From the NCBI GenBank assembly GCA_964016885.1, contig OZ024743.1, positions 144,274,001 through 144,338,000 of the forward strand: 64,000 bases of DNA, read 5' to 3'. The translations under genes were made by a program, and so were the position numbers. This DNA comes from Eledone cirrhosa (Eukaryota). A model generated the notes under the pieces. It was not told the DNA's origin. It saw only the letters and a program-made list of their open reading frames with translations, and did not search any database. Of this stretch, positions 52,908 to 64,000 are shown one piece after another. Position 1 is the first letter of the stretch; each line of letters starts with the position of its first letter.

Positions 52908-53418
52908 ACAGGGAGAAAGGGACGATTATGAGGAAGAAAAATATTTTTTTTTCCTTTTTGTTTCTCTCTCTCTTTTTTCTGGGTTAGAAAAGGATTAAAA
53001 CGAAATGTTTTACTTTGTGTGAAGTGTTAAGGTATTATTATCCTTACAACATACACCTGGCCAACATTTTTTTCCTTTTTCTTTTTTCTTTTCACTTCTT
53101 AAACCTTGTTTGTATATAACATTATTCTTTCTGCACCTTCTGTTTAACATGTGTGACACCACACTAATACATTTCACTATCATTTGATAATGCATAAAAA
53201 TGCTGAAACCAGTAATAGACAATAATTAAATATATAAATAAATAAATAAATGCCATTGTTAAATAATAAATAAATTAACTAATACCTTAACACTTCACAC
53301 AAAGTAAAACATTTCGTTTTAATCATTTTCTAACCCAGAAAAAAGAGAGAGAGAGAAACAAAAAAGGAAAAAAAAATATTTTTCTTCCTTATAGTCGTCT
53401 CTGTCTCCCTGTTTTCAT
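52901..53418 (+). mobile_element. (AT)n-flanked fold-back unit (about 135-bp arms) with internal hammerhead motif
   Basis: 52901-53036 is the reverse complement of about 53280-53418. Confidence 0.8.
53177..53218 (+). ncRNA. Minimal hammerhead motif, U3-A8 variant, weak stem I
   Basis: TTGATAA-t-gcat(aaaa)atgc-t-GAAA-CCAG-TA. Confidence 0.5.
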
Positions 53419-53459
53419 ATATATATATATCCTAACTCGTGTGCCCCCTCTCCACATTT

Positions 53460-53603
<144 letters not shown>

Positions 53604-54096
53604 TCACACTGCTTTCAGTCATTAGATTGTGGCCATGCTGGAACATCAAATTAACTCCAGTACCTTTTTTCAAGTTTTATACTTATTTTATTGATTTCAA
53701 AGTTATGGAACAAGAGCAAACAGTAGTAAATGCAGATATGAACACACATACACACGCTTATATATATGATGGTATATGCTAAGTGTGGTAATGTTGGTGT
53801 CACGGGGAAATTCTTACAGTACACCCTGTAAAGGGATTGGCATTAGGAAGGGCCCCCAGCTACAGAAACTATAACAAAATGGAAAATATGAGTAAGAGGT
53901 GGTCCTCTGACCCATCTAGTCTCAGGCTACTGCTGATGGTGGTGGCGGTGATGATGCTACTACCAGGATCTCTAGTTAGCCACTATCAAGATAAGAAATC
54001 CAGTATGTATGTATGTATGTATGTATGTATGTATGTATGTATGTATGTATGTATGTATGTATGTATGTATGTATGTATGTATGTATGTATGTATGT

Positions 54097-55440
54097 CAGG
54101 TCACCACTTGGTGCTACTGGTAACATGTATTCCAGTACAACCTGTCACATGGTCGGGTCGTTGGCGACTAAACTGGCAACCCCACTAAGGTTTCTTGGTG
54201 AGGAGGGTGACTTTGGACATCCTGCAGGACTAAAAACAAAACCTGTCAAAGGGCAAAGGAGCTCTTAAGAGTCAATGGCCATCCAAAATCACCGGGAGAG
54301 ATGACCCCTTAGCCTTTGTCAAGGCAAAATTCTAGGAGAAGGAAAACTCTGATATAACACCTGCAACTCTGATGGTATCCAATGATGTTGACTTGTTCTT
54401 CTTTTTGGTAAATATCATCTTGGTTAAGAGAGTGGGACTGGCTTTGTGCAGTGCCTTTGCTCACTATAAAAGCTTCACGGCACAGGCATTGCTTTATATC
54501 TGGAGATCTCTCTGCACTTGTCGTCACATGGTACCATGGGCCTAGCACTATGGGTCAATAATTGTCACAAGTGTAGTGTTTGTACCAGAGTTTTCAAGTC
54601 GCTGGCTGGACTAAAGTCACATTCGTTCAGCGCATCGGTAGGAGTTCTCCTACATGGATATAAAGTAGTGGCCATACTCGAAAACGAGTTGGCAGCCACC
54701 ATGTATGTATGTATGTATGTATGTATGTATATAGATCTGTGTATATATGCGCGGAGACATAGAAATAATCGGGCTGGATACCCGATTGCGTGGTTAAACC
54801 ACAGGGGGTGAAGAACCCCTAGCCTTCATCAGGGCATTCTTCTAGGAGAAGGCAACCCAGGAAACTGGGATAACTCCGACATAAAACCTGTGGCTCAGTA
54901 GTTACCGAAGATGTTGATCTTTTCTTCTTTTCGGGTTATAGCTACTGTCGCTCAGGGAGTGGGATTGGCTCAGTGCACAGTCTTTCCTCACCTTTAAAAA
55001 ATCTTCCCGCACAGGCATTGCACGATAACATTAATTGATAATTATTAATAATGTTATATTGAGCAGTGGCCATACTCGATAACGAGGGGGCAGCCACCAT
55101 CATGTATATATGTATGGATGGATGGATGTATTATTGCATGCATGTATGCATGTATGTATGTATTTATTTATGTATGTATGTATGTTTGTATGTATGTATG
55201 TTTGTGTGTGTGGTGGTGGTGATGGTGGTGGGGACATGAAAATATATGGTTTGGTGCTCAAGCACGTGGTTAGGCCACTCGTATTAAGAGACATTTTAGG
55301 AGAAGGAAAACTGCGATGTAAAACTTGCGACTCGATGGCAGTCAATTATGTTGACCTGTTCTTCATTTTGGATACCTGTTACCATTGTTCAGAAACTGGG
55401 ACTGGTCCCGTACAAGGCTTTTCTTCATTGTAGAAGCGAA
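54097..55440 (+). mobile_element. Three related non-autonomous RTE-derived elements separated by (ATGT)n
   Basis: Shared ctaggagaagg..gatgttga..gtgggactggc..gcacaggcattgc blocks. First copy has HKCSVCTRVFKSLAGLKSH. Two copies end agtggccatactcga.aacgag..ggcagccacc-(ATGT)n. Confidence 0.7.
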
Positions 55441-55642
55441 TCTAGGTCCTTGGCAGAGCTAAAACGTCATGTTTATGCCACCCGTATGTAAGGAAAAGAT
55501 CACAGGATGTCAATTCTTGAAACCAAGATGAAACAATTATGTATGTATGTATGTATGTATGTATGTATGTATGTATGTATGTATGTATGTATGTATGTAC
55601 GTACGTATGTATGTCCGTATGTACTTATGTATGAATAATATT

Positions 55643-55676
<34 letters not shown>

Positions 55677-55757
55677 TATCACGCACACATATATATTTAT
55701 ATTTGTGTGGTGTGTATATATATATAATATATTATATATATATATAGCTTAGCTAAA

Positions 55758-56126
55758 AATATAGTATATAATTGTAATGTAAAAACTAATTTAAATTCAT
55801 TTAATTATGTGGGATCTACTTCCACAGAGTTTAAATCCCGTTTCAATAATCATAAAAACTCTTTTACAAATCCAAACAAAAAATCTTCAACTTCTCTATT
55901 TAGCTTATTATGGGACCTCAAATTAAAGAACGTCAAATATTCGTTGCTTTGGAATATTATTTCAAAAGCTACTCCTTTTAACTCCTCTTCAGAAAATTAT
56001 TATCTTTGTATAGAGGAAATATTCTTTATATTAAAGACCAAACATTCCCTGAACCTAAGGAACAATTTATTCAGTTGCTGCAGACATAGATTGAACTCAA
56101 CGTTTAAATATAAATTTAAAATGTAA
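55758..56126 (+). mobile_element. Penelope-like element GIY-YIG endonuclease remnant (the element probably continues to about 58064)
   Basis: NIVYNC..NYVGSTSTEFKSRFNNHKNSF..STSL..WDLK..W.II.KA..LCIEE..I..LN.R..L.SCCRHR. Confidence 0.88.
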
Positions 56127-56669
56127 TATATAATTAATTAATTCTATTAATATATTGAACCTATCGATAAATCATTAGATTCCTTCTTTTGACTGCTTAA
56201 ACTCTCAAGTAAAAAAACTTTTCTTCCTAAATATAAATAAATATAAAAACTCTTCGAGAGAAACATACTGAAAGCTCTTAAAAGGGGAAAATATCATTTG
56301 ATAGTTTCTCCTATTTTTGAAAGTTTCTCTTTTGAAAGTCTCTCTTTCTTTCTCTTATGGCTATAAAATTAAGTTAAACATACGAAGAAAATTGTTATAC
56401 TGAATCTATTAAACATATTATTATATTAAAATTATAACTTGAAATATTCTATAATATTTTAAAAATTATATTGATTTAAAGTTATATTGCTTATAATTAT
56501 ATTTCCAAATCGTAATATAATTCTTTTTTATTTTATTTTTTATTTTATTTTTTATTTTATTTTTTATTTTATTTTATTTTATTTTATTTTATTTTATTTT
56601 ATATTATATATATTATGTACTTCAATTATACTATGTACTGTATTTATATATTTCTCTCTCTATATGTAC

Positions 56670-56735
<66 letters not shown>

Positions 56736-57869
56736 ATATATTTATGTGTGTGTATGTATGTATGTATATATATGTGTGATGCATATCTACCTATATCTGT
56801 AAGTACGTCTATGTGTATATATGTGGGGATTGTGTATATATATATATACATACAATTCGATTGCACTCGTTTATAAGGATTTTCCTAAGGTTCGTGATAA
56901 AAAACCTATATAATAACAGTCACAAATACATAACAGTGGATTTATAAATATAAAACTTATATATAAAAAAAAATTGTATAATAACATAAAGTGTGTATAA
57001 CCTAAAATTTCCTTTAATATCTTAACATTTGTAACATTTATATAACTAAATAACGTAATTTCCTTCACGTTGTTTTGATATTACATAGAAATGATTTTCT
57101 CTGTTTTTTCTAAGATTTTCTCAGAAAAATCTATAAGCTTATGAAAATTCCTATATCTTAAATTTAAAAAATCCTTTATACTTTGTATGTATATGTATAT
57201 GTATGTAGATGTATGTGTATATATATTTGTATGTATATATATTTATATGTATATATATCTGTGTGTGCGTATCTATATATATGAATATATTCTTTTAATA
57301 ATATATAGATTTTTTAATAATATATAGTCTTAATAATTTATAGATTTCTTAATAGTATATAGATCTTAATTTTTAGTGTATAGATCTCAATAATTTAAAT
57401 GATAAACTAAACATTTAATCACATTTAAACAATGGTTAAAATTCTCCTATTATGTATGTATTTTCCATTCACGCTTATTTACATTTCTCTATTCATCCAT
57501 TAAATAAATATTTATTCTTTCACTTCATCACAAATGTTAAGATAAGTCAACAACCTATCACTGAGAGCTTTCGCTTTCTCTTCTCTTCTTCTTTTCTCTC
57601 TCTCTCTTTCCTTATTTTCTTCTTAAAGGTTTGCTCTTTTTTCTTTTTTATATCTCTCTCTTTTTTCTCTCCCTTGTTCTTCTCTCTCTCTCTCTTTTTC
57701 TCCGTAACCCAACGGCTTATTTAAATCTACTCTGATTTAAAAATATCCAATACTAATTTACATAATAGTATAAATAAATTTATAACCCCACTATCCGGGA
57801 GCTTCCAACAGTAATGGTCGCATTTTTTAAGGGTATGTCAATATTTATTTATAAAACTGATCTATATTA

Positions 57870-57934
57870 TATTTTATCTGATGAAAGCACACCATAATTT
57901 AACTTGGTGTCCTTCAAATATGTATAATGAAATA
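57870..57934 (+). ncRNA. Hammerhead motif in PLE pseudo-LTR, G12 mutated
   Basis: tattttat-CTGATGA-aagcacacca..tggtgtcctt-CAAA-TATGTA-TA-atgaaata. Homologous to 61337-61399. Confidence 0.65.
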
Positions 57935-58061
57935 AATATGGTTTTATAAATATAGTTTCCATTTGTTAATATCGTATTTTTACTCCAATAATTTGTTGAG
58001 TGCTTTATATCAGTTATAAAAATATTTGCTTGTTGTATCCCAACAATTTAAATAGAACTTC

Positions 58062-58156
<95 letters not shown>

Positions 58157-58682
58157 ACGTACATACATATATGTAAACAAACAAACAACCCGAATTACGC
58201 CGTACAGTGTTTAAACCGATACGTGCATATATATATGTGTGCATGTATGTATATATATACATACTACTGTACGTCTGTATACATATATGTATGTACGTAT
58301 ACATACATACATAATTACATTTAAGTAAGTGCCGTACTAAGAGTGAGAAATGAAATTTCGTTTCATTCTATTCCATATATATATATATATATATATATAC
58401 AAATTTTAGTACAGCATTAACGAAGCTTTAGGTTGCATCCAAGCTAACGAATGCAAATTCGGTATGTAGTTTTAGCACTCGATAGGGAATAGTACCACAG
58501 AGTAATAACAATACGTTTAGACAGCTTTGCAAATCAAATATTGCGATCGGCAGTCCAACCGCATTGCCATAGCAACGAAAATATATATACGTGTGTATAA
58601 TGGTAGCTATGGTGCTTCCATAGGTGGTATGCCAAAATTAGCACTCAATATTCATACAGAGCAGAGTGTGGATAGTATAAAA

Positions 58683-58860
58683 AAACGAAAAATCAGTGAT
58701 GCATCTGGACTCAGTTTATTGTGTGTTACAATTGTACCCGTGTCCGAAGGAACCTGCAGCCGTAGAATCTGCCAGATCCATACAGTGATCATGTCTCGAG
58801 CTGCCGGCGAAACAATTGTAACACGCAATAAACTGAGTCCAGATGCACCACTGATTTTTC

Positions 58861-58864
<4 letters not shown>
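58683..58864 (+). mobile_element. Short fold-back unit (53-bp arms) with degenerate hammerhead (58739-58825)
   Basis: Inverted arms. cgtgt-CCGAAGG-..cctgcagc..gctgccgg-c-GAAA-CAATTG-TA-acacg. (AT)n on the right. Confidence 0.65.
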
Positions 58865-58932
<68 letters not shown>

Positions 58933-59142
58933 TTTACGTATCGAGAAAGAGAAAAAAAGGGGGGATAGGTGATACATATAGTTATTTGCCAAGTAGCGTA
59001 TGCCAAAGGTGCTCGATACTAGTGCCGGCAGTATTAAATATTCGAAGTGTTAATATTTAGTGGGCTAGAGAGTTAGCAGAGCGTAAGCACGTGGGAAAGT
59101 AAAAAATCGGAGAATAGACCGTTAAAATATGTTTATTTAAAA

Positions 59143-59187
59143 TATCACCTACGTACGTTTCGCCCAGTTGGGCTTCTCAAGGGCATA
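59143..59187 (-). ncRNA. Minimal hammerhead motif, U3-A8 variant
   Basis: tatgccc-TTGAGAA-gccc(aact)gggc-GAAA-CGTACG-TA-ggtgata. Stem I is imperfect. Confidence 0.6.
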
Positions 59188-59289
59188 AATAATCACAAGT
59201 GTTCCTTATATTGCTCGGAAAGAGTTTTTGGGGTTAAATCGACATCAAGGTTCATTGCTCGCAAAAATATCTTGTTTTGATTTTGCAGC

Positions 59290-59393
<104 letters not shown>

Positions 59394-59559
59394 AATTTAT
59401 ATCTAGTAACATTTATATACATACAGATGCATATCAATGCTAGCAAATATATAGGTTTTGTCTTAATAACATTGTGGTTCAATGCATGGGGTTGCAGAAC
59501 AATAATATAAGAGACGTAAAATAAGAAAATTATAAAATTAACTTACTTACTAAAATATC

Positions 59560-59641
59560 ACTTCCAACTAATTAGTTTCTGGAATGGAGTAAATATATTT
59601 TCCGAAGAATGTATAGAAAAGCATTCCGTCGTCAGGAAAGT
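59560..59641 (-). ncRNA. Type-I hammerhead ribozyme motif
   Basis: Reverse-complement copy of 59768-59849. Confidence 0.8.
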
Positions 59642-59767
59642 CTATTTTCGTGTAAGTTGTCAATGGCTAGGAATTCAGTCCACGCTTCGCTATTTCCTCT
59701 CCACTGAATTATTTTTTTAATAAGTTTCCAGAGTCATCGCTATGCCTGGAAACTTACACGAAAATAG

Positions 59768-59849
59768 ACTTTCCTGACGACGGAATGCTTTTCCATATAT
59801 TCTTCGGAAAATATATTTACTCCATTCCAGAAACTAATTAGTTGGAAGT
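59768..59849 (+). ncRNA. Type-I hammerhead ribozyme motif
   Basis: actttc-CTGACGA-c-ggaatg..cattcc-a-GAAA-CTAATTAG-TT-ggaagt. Confidence 0.8.
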
Positions 59850-59897
59850 GATATTTTAGTAAGTAAGTTAATTTTATAATTTTCTTATTTTACGTCT

Positions 59898-60652
<755 letters not shown>

Positions 60653-60750
60653 CAGACACCAACTATAAATATATATGTGTGCGTGATATATATATATACA
60701 TATATACAATGATATTAAATAAATGGAAACTATATTTATAAAACCATATT

Positions 60751-60813
60751 TATTCTATTATATATATTTCAAGGGTACCAAGATACATTGGTACGCTTTC
60801 ATCAGATAAAATA
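60751..60813 (-). ncRNA. Type-I hammerhead ribozyme motif
   Basis: tattttat-CTGATGA-aagcgtacca..tggtaccctt-GAAA-TATATA-TA-atagaata. Confidence 0.8.
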
Positions 60814-61336
60814 CAAAGTTTGTTTTATAAATAGAGACATATCAGGAAAATCATACCTTATCGGTTGGAAATTCACTGGATAGTGGAAATATATTAGGGA
60901 TTTTTCAAACTTATGTGTGAATATGCAAATGAATATGTAAATAATTGAAAAACAACCGTTTATTTAAACGAGTATGGCGAAAGAGAGAGAAGAGAAGAAA
61001 TAGGAGAGGATAAAATAGTGCTAGAGATAGAGAGAGAGAGAGAAGAAAGAAACAAGAGAAGGTTAATAAAACTCATATAACGTTAATTTGAGGGAAATAT
61101 ATTTTAAGTATATATCTTAATAGAACGTGTATTTACGATTATTATTTGTGTAAGATTTGTTTATAATATAATATTTTTCTTCTGTTTTAAAAAATAATTT
61201 TTAAGAGATAAGTAATTTTTAAATAGATAAAAATTAAAGAAATAAAAATTATTACAATTGAACCACTATCCAGTGAATTTCCAACCGATAAGGTATGATT
61301 TTCATGGGTATGTCTCTATTTATAAAACAAACTTTG

Positions 61337-61399
61337 TATTTTATCTGATGAAAGTGTACCAATGTATCTTGGTACCCTTGAAATACATATAATATAATA
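61337..61399 (+). ncRNA. Type-I hammerhead ribozyme motif
   Basis: tattttat-CTGATGA-aagtgtacca..tggtaccctt-GAAA-TACATA-TA-atataata. Confidence 0.75.
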
Positions 61400-61604
61400 A
61401 ATATGGTTTTATAAATATAGTTTCCATTTATTTAATATCATCGAATATTTACTCCAGTAAACTGTTGAGTGCTCTAAATCAGTTATAAACATTTATATTT
61501 TGTCGGACTTCCAACAAATTAAATACCCCTTCTACTTATATACATATATATACATATAAATATTATTCATACATAAATACATACGGACATACATACGTGT
61601 GTGT

Positions 61605-61734
<130 letters not shown>

Positions 61735-61782
61735 AGACGTAAGATAAGAAAATTATAAAATTAACTTACTTACTAAAATATC

Positions 61783-61864
61783 ACTTCCAACTAATTAGTT
61801 TCTGGAATGGAGTAGATACATCTTCCGAAGAAGGTGTAGAGAAACATCCCGTCATCAGGAAAGT
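61783..61864 (-). ncRNA. Type-I hammerhead ribozyme motif
   Basis: Reverse-complement copy of 62042-62123. Confidence 0.8.
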
Positions 61865-62041
61865 CTATTCTCATATAAGTTTCCAGGCAAAGCGAGGACT
61901 CTGGAAGCTTATTAAAAAATAAATTAGTGAATAGGAAATAGCAAAGCGTGGACTTACTTCCTAGCCATTTCCTATTCACTGATTTATTTTTTAATAAGCT
62001 TCCAGAGTCCTCGCTTTGCCTGGAAACTTATATGAGAATAG

Positions 62042-62123
62042 ACTTTCCTGATGACGGGATGTTTCTCTACACCTTCTTCGGAAGATGTATCTACTCCATT
62101 CCAGAAACTAATTAGTTGGAAGT
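62042..62123 (+). ncRNA. Type-I hammerhead ribozyme motif
   Basis: actttc-CTGATGA-c-gggatg..cattcc-a-GAAA-CTAATTAG-TT-ggaagt. Confidence 0.8.
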
Positions 62124-62300
62124 GATATTTTAGTAAGTAAGTTAATTTTATAATTTTCTTATCTTACGTCTCTTATATTATTGTTCTGCAACCCCATGCA
62201 TTGAACCACAATGTTATTAAGACAAAACCTATATATTTGCTAGCATCGATATGCATTTGTATGTATATATATGTTACTAGATATAAATTCTTTATTATTT

Positions 62301-62414
<114 letters not shown>

Positions 62415-62618
62415 GGGTAAAATTCCCGAGATCCATGGACGAGTTCTCTCCAGCGGTCTCTCTCCTTCATTATCGCTGCCATGTCCTGCGTCTCCAACAT
62501 ATATATATACAACACATATATATATGCAACACACACACACCCTGACACACACACGCGCGCATAGATATTTAGAATTAAGGTGTTCGCTCCAACATATCTA
62601 TATAAATATAAATATGTG

Positions 62619-62973
62619 TATTTTGGATATCTAATGATATATGGTATGTTTATGAATAAACATTTGAAAGCCTTTAGCTATAAGTTTTGGCAGCTGATGG
62701 TCGAACCAGCCGATAGCTCCGTATGCAAATGAAACCAATCAGCCCATGTACATAGGCGTCAAAACTATATTTTTTCGCCTATATTGGGCTCCGGCAGAAA
62801 TCAAGGTAATGGGGAGCATTACCTTGATAACGACCATCAGTCAGAAACGGCCGTCGGTAATTTCCTCTTGCTTCTGCTAGAACTCGCCCGGCCATCAGCT
62901 TCCAAAATGTATAGCTAAAGGCTTTCAAATGTTTATTTTTAAACATACTATGTATCATTACATATACAAAATA
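62619..62973 (+). mobile_element. Fold-back unit (about 85-bp imperfect arms) with internal hammerhead
   Basis: 62619-62703 vs 62888-62973 are inverted. Confidence 0.75.
62818..62861 (+). ncRNA. Minimal type-I hammerhead motif, U3-A8 variant, perfect stem I
   Basis: attacc-TTGATAA-c-gac(catca)gtc-a-GAAA-CGGCCG-TC-ggtaat. Confidence 0.8.
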
Positions 62974-63261
62974 CCCCCCCCCCCCCCTATACATATATCT
63001 TAAATAAAAATACAGACTATCCAACGGGCAGATCCCAGTAAAGTAATCTAAAATGAAATAAAAACTTCACAAGCATCTTACCCTGGGAGTAGAGTATTCG
63101 TTAAGTAACCTAAAGCTAGAGGGCTAACAAAATATTCCCTTTACTGTAGTTTCACGAGCAACAGAACAGAATTGAAATAATTGAGACAGTTCATTCTACT
63201 AGCAATGGCCTTATTGTCAGAGGGAGTTTTGATTGCCATTATAAGAAAAGGATATATTAAC

Positions 63262-63389
63262 CTGTTGTAGAACATCATGTGCGTTCATTGATCCAAATTC
63301 CGGCTCAAAGAATATGTTGCCACTTCCTTTTGTTAAACATAACACAGCTGGGTCAGACATAGCAAGACCTGAAGTGCATGGGTTGGGGC
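63262..63389 (-). CDS. Probable internal exon of an unidentified gene: PNPCTSGLAMSDPAVLCLTKGSGNIFFEPEFGSMNAHDVLQQ
   Basis: gtttgtttcag acceptor and CAG|gttaat donor. Only one frame is open, and the sequence is non-repetitive. Product not recognised. Confidence 0.55.
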
Positions 63390-63738
63390 CTGAAACAAAC
63401 TCGAACAACTATAATTTTGAAGAAAATAGAATCTATAAGATTTAAAAAAATATTTTTAAAATGAAAATCTTTTGCAGAAATTGATTCAAAATCACCCACA
63501 ATATTTTAATTAGTTTTTTCCCCTATAGAAAAATATGTATGAGTTATTTCCCTTATAGGTTTTTATTTTTTATTTTTTTTCAAATGTCTTGTCCCGCAAT
63601 CTGGGATGCCGGCCAAATCTTTTCCCTGCAACACAGTTTTAAAGCATTGAAATATAAATCAAATTCTATCATCTATCAGTCATCAAAACTCACAAAGAGA
63701 TGAAAAGAGATAGAGAGAAAGAAGGAGATAGATAGATA

Positions 63739-63818
<80 letters not shown>

Positions 63819-64000
63819 AATATTTTCATATCATTCCAATACAAAGGTCTGACGACATGGTGTGTTTGCTTACAGTGTACCTTCGGTTTATGATAATATT
63901 TTTATATTATTCAAATAGCGAGGTATAGGTAACCCATACACTATAGAAGCAATTGTTACCTAATAAATTCTTTATACCCGCATTTCCGTTTCATAAACTT

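Larger units (their letters stand above)
60709..61536 (+). mobile_element. PLE-derived unit with inverted pseudo-LTR arms (60709-60885 / 61263-61441)
   Basis: The arms are reverse complements, homologous to about 57788-58064. Flanked by a tatatacatatata repeat. Confidence 0.85.

Noticed and set aside
58527-59060. 177-aa ORF
   Set aside because: It runs through a fold-back unit and (AT)n, with no recognisable domain.

Overview
AT-rich, repeat-dominated animal genomic DNA. The (AT)n/(ATGT)n tracts, RTE LINEs and abundant tRNA-derived SINE suggest a mollusc, probably an octopus-like cephalopod; this is inference only. One host gene can be fully reconstructed. It is a 5-exon minus-strand MYDGF (C19orf10/UPF0556) homolog at 46741-30580, 155 aa, with a signal peptide and C-terminal KKEL, and none of its exons is in the ORF track. 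A probable exon of another gene lies at 63262-63389, and a few orphan exon-like segments lie at 16-22 kb. The rest is transposon debris: a decayed mariner, a near-full-length BovB-like RTE, RTEs with a PHD-type finger inside ORF2, Penelope-like elements (PLEs), R4/Dong and CRE fragments, Tx1/L1, Helitrons, piggyBac-, Harbinger- and hAT-type MITEs, and many SINEs. The most unusual signal is at 52.9-63.0 kb. Here short non-coding fold-back units sit mostly between (AT)n tracts, and each carries one or two minimal type-I hammerhead ribozyme motifs. I count 12 motifs from about 7 sequence families, three with a compensatory U3-A8 core, next to a PLE GIY-YIG remnant. They look like non-autonomous, microsatellite-targeted PLE/retrozyme-like elements. 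All calls were made by eye, with no database searches.
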